64,000 bases of DNA from positions 62,001-126,000 of the forward strand of contig JAPMXV010000036.1 of the NCBI GenBank assembly GCA_026936335.1. Direction: 5' to 3'. The DNA comes from Mantamonas sphyraenae STR306. Lineage: Eukaryota; Protista; CRuMs. Positions 12,923 through 23,984 of the stretch are shown piece after piece (position 1 is the first letter of the stretch; every line of letters begins with the position of its first letter). The translations under genes were made by a program, and so were the position numbers. A model generated the notes under the pieces. It was given only the letters and a program-made list of their open reading frames with translations. It had not been told where the DNA came from and made no database searches.

Positions 12923-13925
12923 TCACAAGATGCCAAACACATCCCATGGAGCCGGAGAAACCCCGGTTCCGTCGATCGTGATCCCCAAGCGGCCCATCAC
13001 AAGATGCATGACCAGTGCGCTCACAAACGGAATCGTGCAGTTGTCGTTGATCACATCTGGGATCAACAGCTCTGCCAGTGTGGCTGAGAACGCTCCCCAG
13101 AACACAATCTGCTCCCAAAGCGGCAAACCGTGCAGCACAAGCGTTCCCACCGCTAGGCAGGTGCAAAACATGCCCAGTGACCCCTCCAGCGATTTGTCGC
13201 CGATCTTGATGTGGCCATAACTGATTCCGATCACAGCTGCTGCAAAGTCGCCCAGAATCAGGAACATGACCGCGGTGATCGCCAAGAGAGGCGGGAACGC
13301 GTAGATCGTCAAGTAGGCGCCCAGGAGATAGTAGATGACGCCTGAAAACCGGTCCTCCTCCGTCTTGCGCATCATGCTGCCGATGATGGCGAAAAAGAAG
13401 CGGTTCACGGCTGGAATCGTCACGCGTGCAACTTCCAGCACAAACTGGATCAGTGTCACAGTTTGGATGATCAGAATGGCCACACCTTGGTCAAAATGCT
13501 CAGGGTACCACCTCAAACCGAAGAAATAGATGGCTGGGATCACCAGCCCGTTTGCGTGGAACTCTGTGTGTGTGGGGCCGACGTCAGCCTCACTCTCACG
13601 CCACACACTCCTCTACGCAACATACTCTTGCGTGCAAACTCCTTCAATAGCCTCGGGATGCGCTTGACTCCAACTCCGAGCAGCGAGAAGAACGCCCACC
13701 AATTGATCGTCACCACCGGTCCTTTCGCCTCCCTCTCCTCCATCGTCATCCTGCTGCTGCTGCTGTACTGCGACTGCGTGTCGTTCTCCATTCGTGCAAT
13801 ATCCTTGAGAACTTTCTCTATCGCTATTTGTTTGTTGTCTTGCTGCTTCCTGCGCAGGTTGCAGAGCCGGTTCTTTCAGGCGCGGGGTTTGACGTCATCC
13901 TGCCATCGAATTCATTGTCATCCAT
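12923..13925 (-). CDS. CTP-dependent polyprenol/diacylglycerol kinase family membrane protein (Dgk1/phytol kinase-like)
   Basis: The spliced junction gives ARKKFH (intron 13625-13564). MRKTE, LGDFAAAVIG..YG and KSLEGS motifs with several TM helices. The start is 13925 if a 1-nt deletion at ~13860 is accepted, otherwise 13791. Confidence 0.8.
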
Positions 13926-14020
13926 CCAACGCCCATCCTCCACCTCGCTCATTCCCTCCTCTCCTTCCATCTCATCTGTTGCTTTCACCCTCACTGCCCC
14001 ATCTGTCACAACTCTTCCTC

Positions 14021-16673
14021 ATGTCATCCTCGTCGTCCTCGTCCGAGTCGCCGTCGGCAAAGATCACTCCCCTGTATCGAGGAGGCGTTGTCATCCAATC
14101 ATCTCTGGGCAACATCCAAATTGGCATCCCACCAGAGTCCATCAAGGATTCGATGCTCGCCGGCTTGGAAATGCCCAAGTACTGGGTCATTGTTGAGAAC
14201 AGGCAAGTCCCGCACGCCCCTATCCTTGCCGCACATCCTTGCACTGACCACCCGTGTCCACTGTCTCTGCCTTCCCACCCACCGTAACCCACAGGTTCGA
14301 CCCTTTCAGCAACCTCTCTGTTGCCGAGTTTGAGTTCCCGGCCTACTTCTCCTTCTTTGTTCGCCGCGAGCAGGTCACTCTCGTCACCACCGCCGAGGGT
14401 GAAGAACGTTGCCGCATGATCTTCCAGGTGTGTGCCCCTCCGTGCCTCCGTTTTCGTCCTTTGTCACCCTTGTCCTGCCTCTTGCACCTTCAATCCCACT
14501 CGCGCGCATTGCCCACACGTGGCCCTCTCGTCCTGCCCCTACCATTCCCCCTCCCGCACACGTGCTGGTCTGACTCCTCTTACCGTGCACACTCCTCCTA
14601 CCAACTGGCGTATCACGCAGGAAACCTTTCTGGGGCCGCGCAACCTCAGCCTGGACTCTGAGGTCGCATCAGACTACCCGAAAGAAAACCTCCCCGATCT
14701 CGCCAAGGAGATCAACTACTTTGCCCACAACCCGTTCAAACCCAGTGAGATGATGAACGTCGACTCCCTCCTCACCTTTAAACTGTTCAACGAAAACACA
14801 AACGCGGTGACTATCACCGACACCAACGCAGACGGCGAGGAGGTCACTGTGGAGATCAAAAAGGTATTCTGCCACCCCGCCGCCCGCCTCTCACCGGCAC
14901 GTCCTCCTCTCACACCCTCCACCTTTCACCCACGTCTCCCAACAGGTGCTCGAATACGCCCTCGATGGCTCCATCTCTCTCGAAGAGTACCACATCTACG
15001 AAAACGGCAAGTTCTTGGGCATGGGCAGCGGCAGCATCGAGCACAACCAGTTCTACGAACACACAAACTACTACTTCCAGGTTATGCGCGCCCAGTTTAC
15101 GCCCCCGCTCTTTGCCATCACCATGCTCGGCACCTCCCACGGGTTTGACCCCAAGGGCACCACCACGGGCTTCATCCTGTGGATGAACCGTCGAGGCGTC
15201 ATGATCGATCCGCCCCCCAACTCGGGACACATCCTGCGCCTCAACGGCATCCCGTCCCGCCTCATCGACGGCGTCATTCTGACCCATTGTCACGCAGACC
15301 ACGACGCAGGCACCTTTCAGCGCATCCTTGAGGAGCACCAGATCACGGTCATCACCACGCCTCTCATCATGAAGTCCTTCCTGCGCAAGTATAGCGCCGT
15401 GTCCGGCATGAGCATCAACTTTCTCAAGAGTCTCTTTAGCTTCCGTGCCGTCAAGCTCGGTGCTCGTCTCACAGTCCATGGTGGTGAGCTCAACTTTTTC
15501 TACTCGCTCCACAGCATTCCCTGCGTCGGCTTCGAGGCCTACTACGCAGACAAGAGTCTTGTGTACAGTGCAGACACTCTCAATGACCCCGAGCGCATCA
15601 CAAAGATGCAAGAGGATGGCGTGCTGAGCGAAGGCCGTGCCAACTCGTTGATCAACTTCCCTTGGCACCACGACCTCATCCTCCACGAGGCCGGTGTCCC
15701 GCCGTTGCACACGCCCCTTACCACGCTGATGGCCCTGCCCGACGACGTCAAGGAGCGCCTCTGGGCTGTCCACGTCGCCGAGAAGGATGTGAAGGAGTCT
15801 GGGTTGAACCACCCAAAGGCCGGCCCGGAAAACACCATCCACCTCGAGGTCGAGTCCATTGACAACTCGCAGAGCATCGAGGTGCTCGATCTCGCCAGTG
15901 GCCTGCACATCTTCAACCAGCTCAACCTGAAGAGCGCCAAGAAGTTGTTGGAGATGTGCAAGACCAAGCAGTATGCGCAGGGCGAGGTCATCACAGAGCG
16001 TGACGAGGCTGTCGAGAGCTTCAGTATCATTGCGCTGGGCATCGTTTCGCTCAACCGTGAGCACAGCGTGGCCCGCCAGCTGTCCATTGGCGACTACTTT
16101 GGTGGGACCACCGTCGTGGACGGCCAAGGCAGCCCGTTTACTGTCCAGGCCGAGACCGACGTCACCCTCGTCACGCTGTCCCGCAACGACTTTACCCATC
16201 TGCTGTCCAACATCACCGTCCATCCGCTGTCGGACACCCTTGTCCTCGACCGCCTTTCCGACCAGAACAGCTCGCGCGAACTCGGCTCCTACGAGCTCAT
16301 TTCCAACCACACTGTGTTTGAGGCGCTGAGTACCTCGCAACAGGCACACCTCGATTTCATGCTTCAGCTCTGTGAGTTTGACGAGGGTCAGGTTGTGTGG
16401 CGCAAACATCAGGAGGCCCCTTGTGCTCTCTTTGTGTTTGAAGGCACCTTTGAGGTCAGCTCCGAGGAGGACATCGCACACGACTGCGATGTCGGCTGCC
16501 TTGTCGGCGATTTCGAAGCCATTGCTCGCCCTGCCACCTTCAAGGCACGCACAACCTGCGTGGCCACAAGCCCAGGCCGATCCTGGAAGATCGACGCCTG
16601 TGAGCTCCGCGCCTTTTTCAAGCAGAACCCAGGCGTGTTGCTGCCCTTTATTGGGAAGCAGTGGGTGGATTGA
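14021..16673 (+). CDS. Metallo-beta-lactamase-fold cyclic-nucleotide phosphodiesterase with two C-terminal cNMP-binding-like domains (Dictyostelium PdeD/PdeE, GbpA/B type)
   Basis: GIPPESIKD, LGTSHGFDP, THCHADHDAG (HxHxDH) and HEAGVPPLHTP motifs, then two CNB-like domains. Exons 14021-14202, 14295-14427, 14621-14863, 14946-16673. Confidence 0.85.
14203..14294 (+). other. GC-AG spliceosomal intron
   Basis: AG|GCAAGT...CCACAG|G. Its removal joins VENR to FDP in frame, and no GT donor lies nearby. Confidence 0.8.
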
Positions 16674-16755
16674 AGTGGAGCGCACTCTCCAGAATGAACC
16701 CTAGTGCAAATGCGATCCCTCCGCTGCGCACGCGCACAACACAAAAATCCCACCC

Positions 16756-17575
16756 ATGGCCCAGAATCAGCAGCCGTACAAGGGGACAGAGGACAAGGAA
16801 GACCGGGTGCAGGTCAATCTGTACGACGGAGGCGAGATGGGCGATGCCTTGGACTCACAAGTGAAGAAACTGCTGACGGAGACGTTGCCGTATCCTGAGG
16901 TGACCCTGTACAGCAACGTGCGCATTGTGCTGGGCGTTGTGGCCTCCTCGCTGGCCATTTGGGCCCAGTTGGACAAGACTCCGTATCCAGAGAGCCGCAC
17001 ACAGACCCTGGCCGTGATTGTCGTGTACGTGGCCTCTCCGCTCGCATGCTCCCTGCGCCCCTGCACCTTTGCACCGCTCACATACTCCTGCGCACACGCA
17101 CAGGTATATTTTCCTCAATGCTGTGTGGACCCTCATCCAGTCTTACGTGGAGAAGGACGCCTTGATCATTGTTGGTAAACTCAAGGTGTGTGACGTCACT
17201 TGAGGCATCCATCGTCGCCGCTTTTCTCTGCCCCTGCCTGCTCACATGCTCACTCTTGCCCTACCTGCCATGTGTACACAGACGCCCATGGGTAGCAGTG
17301 GACTCAAGGGAATCCGCGTCAACACATACATGGAACCGTTCTCGCCCACATACAAGCTGCAACTCACAGCCGCTGAAGGCAGCACCTGCGCCTGCAAGGA
17401 GACAGAGGTTACTGTGCACGTCGGCGAGCTCTTTGACGTAAACGGCTATCTGGCTATCCGAAAGTGGCAAAACATCATCCTTGGCCAGCTGCTCAAGCTC
17501 GAAGACCGCACGCATCTCGAGGTGGTCTATGACGTGCCCTCAGACCTGCCGCAAGACTCCAAGAAGACACAATAG
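16756..17575 (+). CDS. SPCS2: Signal peptidase complex subunit 2 (SPC25)
   Basis: VNLYDG...ALD, two TM helices, then VGELFDVNGYL. Introns 17025-17103 and 17186-17281. Confidence 0.82.
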
Positions 17576-17682
17576 AGCTGAATGTGTGTTTGTGTGCGCG
17601 AGGTTTGTGAAATGTCATGCTGTCCATTGCAACATGATTGCTTCTTCCTCTGAGAACAGTCGTCCTCACTGTCCACCTCACC

Positions 17683-19587
17683 TCATCCCGAAGTGCTTGC
17701 ACGCGGTTCGGAGGAAGCACCTGCAGCGTCGGCCTCTGCAGCTTCCGCTGCCTTCTTCCCCTGTGCCTGATCCTGCAGCTCCTGCTGGTACTGCTGGATA
17801 GCAGCCTCGGCAGCGGCAGCCTGCAGTTCGTACGACTCACGGCGCACGTTCTTGGCCGACAAGCGCACGAGGGTGCGCATCTGTGCAATCTCCTCCAGGA
17901 ACGCATGTGCCATCACCTCCAGCTTGTCCAGACGCGTCTGCAGCTCGTCCTCGTTGAAGGCCTCTCCCTCCTGCAGGAATTTCTGGTTCACCGCCGCGTA
18001 CTCGTCCATGCCGCGCTTCAGCAGGTCGTCGCACGGGCCCAGCAGACGCGTAAACGCATCCCTGCTCATTCGCACCACCTTAAGGCGGCCCTTGGCAATC
18101 ACGTTGGCCGCACGAGGCTGGTTTGTGATCAGCGACAGTTCGCCAAAGTGGTCGCCGCTGACCAGCTCCTTCACCACCACCGGTTCGGCACCGTTGATGC
18201 TCTTGGTGCAGATGGCTTCACCCTCCTCCACAATGTAGAGATGGTCGCCTTCGTCGCCCTGACGGATGATCACGTCCTGATCGTTGAAAATCTCGCCCTC
18301 CAGAGCGTCTGCAACCACCAGCCGTTCGTACTTGTTCAGCGGGCCCAGCATAGGCACATGCTCAAGGAATGACTCGTACAGGTTGCGCTTCACCATCGTC
18401 GTGTCCATTAGGATGCGGCGGAAAGTGTGTCGATCCATTGCCCACAGCGAGCACTCAGAGACGGCCTGTGAGGTGAGGTAAAAATGGGAAGGGGAAAAAC
18501 AACACGTGCGTACGCGTCATAACACATCCATCTGAGTGTCAGCTGTTGTCCGATCTATGCGCACGCATGCCTCCTTCCATCTACCGAACCTGCGCTCGTG
18601 CGCACGTGTCTCCACAACCGTACAGAGACGGGCAAACAAGGCACCGGCCAATTCAGACTCACCTTCACCGTCGCTGCGCGCGGGCAGTTGTACATCAGCG
18701 CGAGCTCTCCGAAGCTCTCGCCCGGCTGCACCGTGTGCACATGTGCTCCGTCGCCCTCCTCCTCTTCCGAGGTCTTGACGAAAATGTCCAGTGTGCCTGT
18801 ACGCCGTGCAGAAAGGGAAAACCCGGAGTCAGCGCAAAGGCCCAAAAACCCTCTTTGGCCAAAGCCCAAAAAAATGCGCCCTCTCTCGGTTCGCCCTCCC
18901 GAGTCCATGCGGCACCCACCGCGTCTGTCCTGCGACTCAAAAGGACACACTCCAACCTACCATCGTCCACCACGTAGAAGTTGTCTCCTTCGTCGCCCTG
19001 CTTGATCACTGTTTCGCCTGCCGCCAGCTTGCGCTCAAACATCGTCTCCATGATGTACTGCTTCTCGTCCATATCACAGCCCGAGAACAGGATGTTCTGG
19101 TTGATCACGTTCAGGATGCGCTCCTGCTGCTCTGCGGTCTTTGCAACCGTCTCCAGCGTCACTGTGTGCGTCCACACATCCCAAAAACGCCCTCCGGGTC
19201 AGCATCGTGTCCCAAAATGGCAGGTCGGGCCCGGAAACACTTCTACGCCAAAACGCCTCCCGCACGCCAAAACTTACACTCATCCAGATCCTTGAACGTG
19301 TCCACCTCGGCGCACAGGCTCACGCGGCGTGCAGAGTTGTTCCTGTGTAGTGGAGTATCGCCACAATCCGTCGCAATCACCCGTGCGGGCCGTGTCAATC
19401 CCTCTGCGAGCAAAGTGGAAAAAAAAACAAAGGTCCGTCCGTCCGGCTCTCACTCCACACCCGGCTCTCAAACGTACGACTGCTTGCGCTCAAAGTACGG
19501 CAGCGGTCCCAGCTCGTCGTCTGAATCCTCTTCAGCGTCGATCTCTGCCGCCAAGGCGCGCATATCAACAAACGGAAGCGTAGCCAT
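17683..19587 (-). CDS. PRKAR: cAMP-dependent protein kinase regulatory subunit (RII-like inhibitor site, no D/D domain, C-terminal extension)
   Basis: Inhibitor site RRVSLCAE. Phosphate-binding cassettes FGELALMYNCPRAAT and FGELSLITNQPRAAN. Exons 19587-19478, 19342-19278, 19161-18961, 18796-18663, 18465-17683. Confidence 0.92.
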
Positions 19588-19743
19588 CGGGTTTCTTCAG
19601 AAGGGTTGTCCGCCGGTGCGCACCATCGAGGAGCCCGGTTCATCGCCACCAAGCTTGCTCCAAAATCCCCCGCCCCACACCACCCTCCATTTGTACGTTC
19701 CTCCAAGATGCAGTTCAGCGCCACTCCGCCCAGCACAACGCCC

Positions 19744-20991
19744 ATGTTCAACCCGGCCCCGTTGCGACACCGGCTACCCCCAATTCTATGTGTCCTGCTT
19801 CTGCTCACAGCCACGGCACACGCCCACGAAGGCCATGACGACGACCATGCCAGCCTCAAGTATCTCAATGGTGACTACGAAGTCACCTTGACCCAGCTCG
19901 ACCCGCCCGTCTCGGCTTCCAGTCTGGCAAACGCACCCCTCGCTCGCAACGTCACCTACGGCCTCATCATCCACGTCGGTGGACGCCCTGTCAAGTATAA
20001 CGAAATCCGCACCACCCACGGAAGAAGCATTCACACAGTGCTTGCCTCTGCAAACGGCCAGTACTTTGCCCACGAGCATCCCGCAGACTTTGCCGTGCCC
20101 AAACCAACCGACACACAGTTTCTCCTCCGTCTCGTCTTTCCCGCTGCCGGCCAATACGTCCTTGCCGTCGATTTCCAGCACGACCAGCAGCCAGGCATCC
20201 TCAACGTGGCCAAACGCGTCGTAGGTTCCCGCTCCTTCTCCCTCCCCAACCGCCAAGCTTGTTCACAGTCCCACCACAGCAACGGTCACAACGCAAACAC
20301 TCACACACACACACTCTCTCTCATATTGCAGTATATCCACACAGAAAAGGACCCGCACCGCACACAGATTCCCTTCCCGTCGTTCATTCCTGCGTCCGGC
20401 TTCTCCGACAACCTCCTCGTCCTTGGCATGCCCTTTGCGTCGGGCCAACGCTACATGCACACCATCGACATGCAAAGCACCGTCTTTCTCGCCTCCTCTC
20501 TGCAAGGCACAGCGGCAACAGCGGTTGCCAACGCACCACACGTTCTGCAAGCGACCATGCTCCTCAACGGAGGCAAGCCCTTTGCCAGCGGCGACTGCGT
20601 CCCTCTCTTGTTCAAGTTTACTCACCCTGCATCCAACATGCCCGTCAACGATCTCCAACTCTTTCTCCACGCCCCGTCGCACTTTATGATCCATCGCCGC
20701 GAACTCGACGTCGTTGTTCACACCCATGGCTCGCTGCCGACATTGGACGCCCGTGGCATCCCCCAGTTGGTTACAGATGATATTTCCAAGTGCGGTCCCA
20801 TGATGATGGGCAACATGACACACACGGGGCCTCCCACACAGTTTGGTCCCTACATCTCCGTCTATGTCTCCTTCCAGACCACTGGCAACTACGCTGTCAT
20901 CATCCAGGTGGCACGCAACGGTCACTTTTATGCATTTCCCTTTCACGTGCCCGTCACTGCGCTCGAATCGTGGCCAGGAGATTCCTCATGA
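19744..20991 (+). CDS. Secreted His-rich protein with two repeated bacterial-type putative metal-binding beta-sandwich modules (YtkA-like)
   Basis: Signal peptide, then HEGHDDDH. Repeat 1 H..IH...FAHEHP...FPAAGQY and repeat 2 LQLFLHAPSH...HTHG...FQTTGNY. Probable in-frame intron 20221-20331. Confidence 0.6.
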   Translation: MFNPAPLRHRLPPILCVLLLLTATAHAHEGHDDDHASLKYLNGDYEVTLTQLDPPVSASSLANAPLARNVTYGLIIHVGGRPVKYNEIRTTHGRSIHTVLASANGQYFAHEHPADFAVPKPTDTQFLLRLVFPAAGQYVLAVDFQHDQQPGILNVAKRVVGSRSFSLPNRQACSQSHHSNGHNANTHTHTLSLILQYIHTEKDPHRTQIPFPSFIPASGFSDNLLVLGMPFASGQRYMHTIDMQSTVFLASSLQGTAATAVANAPHVLQATMLLNGGKPFASGDCVPLLFKFTHPASNMPVNDLQLFLHAPSHFMIHRRELDVVVHTHGSLPTLDARGIPQLVTDDISKCGPMMMGNMTHTGPPTQFGPYISVYVSFQTTGNYAVIIQVARNGHFYAFPFHVPVTALESWPGDSS

Positions 20992-21045
20992 CCAGCAATA
21001 CAGCACAGTACGTGAGCCCACGGCGACCCAACCCATTCCGTTCAC

Positions 21046-22545
21046 TCACATCTCGTCTTTGTCATGCTCGTCGCAGCGCAGGTGCAGTTTCTTCATGTAC
21101 GTGAAAATGTCGTACAGCTCCAGATCACGGCCGGTCAACCTTGACCTACCCAGCCGCTCGATGCGCCGCAAGTTGTACCGCTGCGCGTTGATGTGGCGTG
21201 TGCATGGCGGTACGCCACGCTGTGTTTGCACCGCCCCTGCGTATGGATCAGGCACGTTCCATCCGCAGGACACAGGATGCAGCGCTGCGGGAAACACGGC
21301 CACAAAGCGATTGAGGATGCGTTGAGACGTAAGCATGCCTGGATCACGCCGCTTGTTCACCACACTCTGGTGTTCGTAGTATCCTGTGCCCTTGGTAGCC
21401 TCCTGCATGCTCTTCTGCCTGCCCGGGAACACGCTCGGCCCGTGCAGTGGCAGGCCAAATAGCCGCCGCCATGTCATCCACCACTTTGTGCGTCGCATGC
21501 GATCCAGATGCAGCAGCGCCACACCCGTATCTGCCCGGCTGTACATCCCTGTGCTCAAATCTAGCGCGTACCGCTCCTCGTCGTACACTTTTTGCACTTT
21601 TTCTTCGTACTCACTCATGCTCACGTTTTCCAGGTTGCGCTCCAGGTTTGAAAACGTGCTGTTCAGCCACTCCAGTGCCGTGCGTTCCGTCAACCCCGCG
21701 GGTACCTCTGCAAAAACGTGCCGGTCGGGGTCTACACGCTTCCGATGATCGCCCGGTTCCACCTCCTGCGTCCCGTTTGCCAACCGCGCCTGCAGCGCAC
21801 TATCCACGGGTCGCATTACCAGACCCACCATCTGTTGCGGTTCCATGCGAGTCAGGTGGCTCCACAGCATGCGCACGTCTCGGAAGAACATCACGTTTGG
21901 CTCCAGCACGAGCACTTTGTCAACGTGCGGCAGAATGTACGGCAGCTCCACCAGCAGGTCGTCTTCATGGCCACGTCCCACTTCTCGGCTCACTTGAGCG
22001 CGGTAGTCGTTGTCAGAGTACACGTGCACGTCGAGATTGGGGATGTTCCATCGTTGCACCACCGTCGCCACATCCAGGAACGGGTACTCGTCCGTCAGAA
22101 CGTGCACGTGCAGCGGGCACGACCGCGAGAACAACATCGACTTGAGTGCCACAAAGAACTCGTAGTACCGCCGCCGCTCGCCCCGTGCCTTGATCACAAT
22201 GTGCATGTCTTCGTTGGGACACGACAGCATCCGATGTTGGAATGGCAGCTCGCTGCACGGATGTGTGTGCCGGCCCGTGAACGTTGTCACGTAAATAAAG
22301 TACCCTGTGCTTGCCACTGCCCAGCACACAAGCAGCATCACCAGCCCTTGCATGCTGCACACCTGTCCCACCCATCCACGGCCCGCTACCGTGCCATCTC
22401 CTCCCCTGCCACCGCCCTCTCCTTTCTGTGCCAGGATGCGTCTACGCACCTCGTCGTGGCTGCTCCTACCGCCTCCATCCCATTCGCCCTCTGCGCCTCC
22501 CACATTGCCCTCGTCAACATCCGCTCCAGTGCGACTTCGCCGCAT
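21046..22545 (-). CDS. Type II membrane glycosyltransferase family 8-like protein (LARGE/GXYLT/XXYLT-like) with degenerate catalytic motifs
   Basis: Single TM, then LKSMLF...LHVHVLTD, LPYILPHVDKVLVLEPN, TGVALLHLDRMR and SCGWN. Single-exon 499-aa ORF. Confidence 0.75.
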   Translation of the reverse strand: MRRSRTGADVDEGNVGGAEGEWDGGGRSSHDEVRRRILAQKGEGGGRGGDGTVAGRGWVGQVCSMQGLVMLLVCWAVASTGYFIYVTTFTGRHTHPCSELPFQHRMLSCPNEDMHIVIKARGERRRYYEFFVALKSMLFSRSCPLHVHVLTDEYPFLDVATVVQRWNIPNLDVHVYSDNDYRAQVSREVGRGHEDDLLVELPYILPHVDKVLVLEPNVMFFRDVRMLWSHLTRMEPQQMVGLVMRPVDSALQARLANGTQEVEPGDHRKRVDPDRHVFAEVPAGLTERTALEWLNSTFSNLERNLENVSMSEYEEKVQKVYDEERYALDLSTGMYSRADTGVALLHLDRMRRTKWWMTWRRLFGLPLHGPSVFPGRQKSMQEATKGTGYYEHQSVVNKRRDPGMLTSQRILNRFVAVFPAALHPVSCGWNVPDPYAGAVQTQRGVPPCTRHINAQRYNLRRIERLGRSRLTGRDLELYDIFTYMKKLHLRCDEHDKDEM

Positions 22546-22670
22546 CGTGTCGTGTCTGTGCTCCTGTGCACAAAGCGAGACGGGGTTGTGTTGTGTTTTG
22601 GGGTTTCAATGGCCTGCCTGGCGTTCCAAAGACCTCCTCCCTCTCCCTCGCCCTTTCCACGCCTTCCTTC

Positions 22671-23951
22671 TCACATCATGCGGTTGCGCAGGTCCTCCAA
22701 CTTCTTCAGGATCTCGCTCACGCTGCGGTCCAGCTCCTCCGCAATCCCCTCCTGCTTGCTCGCCTCCAGGGTAGCAAACTGCTCGCACAGGTCGCCGTCC
22801 ACCACACCCTTGACTGGGAAGAAGTACGAGCGGTACGACAGGTGGTCGCGTCCACACAGCGGCGGGTTTTCCTGACGCATGTGCATCTCCAGATGGGAGA
22901 AAAAGTCCACGTCTTCGCGGGAGGTGAACGGCAACATGGCCCCCATCGTGCCGTACAGACCCATGTACAGCAGTGCGTCCGGTCCGCCAGGCACCAGCGA
23001 CGCCACGTCCATGCTCAACACAGTTTCGCCCACGTGGTACTGCATCGTCGTCTCCAGCGTGTGCTTGCCGTCCTCCGTGTCCCACTTGACCTTGCTTGCG
23101 CTCGGGTCCTCCTCAAAGTCGCTGTTCACTTCGCTCGGCAGCCGCTGAACAAACAAGTTGCCAAACTTGTCCGCCCCGGCCACCGTGTCGTAGTCCAGCA
23201 GCACCGACGCAGTCAGGTGCCGCGGCACGCTGTCGCTCGCAAACACGTAGATGCGGTTGTTGTCGCTGCGCCGGTACGTGCCATAGTAGAAACTCTGGTT
23301 CAGATCGCCGATTACGATGCGGTTGCCGTGCGTGTGCAGCGACGTGATAAAATTGGGCACGTCCTTGTTCTCGCTCTTCTTCAGCAGCTTCTGCCCGCCA
23401 CTGCTAAACACACACAGCTTGTTGCCCAGGCCCGCAAGCACCCTGCCCTGGAACATGGCCAGTGCCCCCGGCACGTCATCCACCTTGGTTGTGTGCACCA
23501 GACTCAGCTCAGGCGAGCTGCCTTCCTCCTCCGCACCCGCCCCAAACGCGTACAGGTAGATGCGTCCTCCGTTGTGCCTTCGCGGCGCAAATGCAAGGTC
23601 ACACGCCGCCCCCACTGCCAGGTACGTCGTTTCCTCGTCTCCCTCCAGCTTACCCATGGCCATGCTGAACGCCGCGTCGTTCTCCTCAAGCTCCACCACA
23701 GCCACCGTGTCCATGCTCTCCGGGTCCAGCAGCCTCACACGTGAGCTCCACTTGCCTGCGCCGGCCTTGTCTGTTTTGAGCACAAACGACTCTTCCTCCT
23801 CGTCCTCGTCCTCCTCATCCTCGTCTGCGCCTGCGTTTGCGCTCGACGACGACGACGACGATGTGGCCTCCACATCCATGCCATCCTCCACCTTGGCCTT
23901 CCCCTTGCCCTTGGCATCGCCCATGTCCACCTCTTCGCCTGAGGATGAGGA

Positions 23952-23984
<33 letters not shown>

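Noticed and set aside
13886-13925. In-frame TGA codons upstream of the Dgk1-like gene suggesting stop reassignment or selenocysteine
   Set aside because: TGA is the commonest true stop in the window, conserved Trp positions use TGG, and a 1-nt deletion at ~13860 explains the region.
18502-18660. 13-bp inverted repeat and an RNase P-like AATTCAGAC in PKA-R intron 4
   Set aside because: The wobble pair favours the antisense strand, there is no matching CR-I motif, and the sequence is the reverse complement of the splice donor region.
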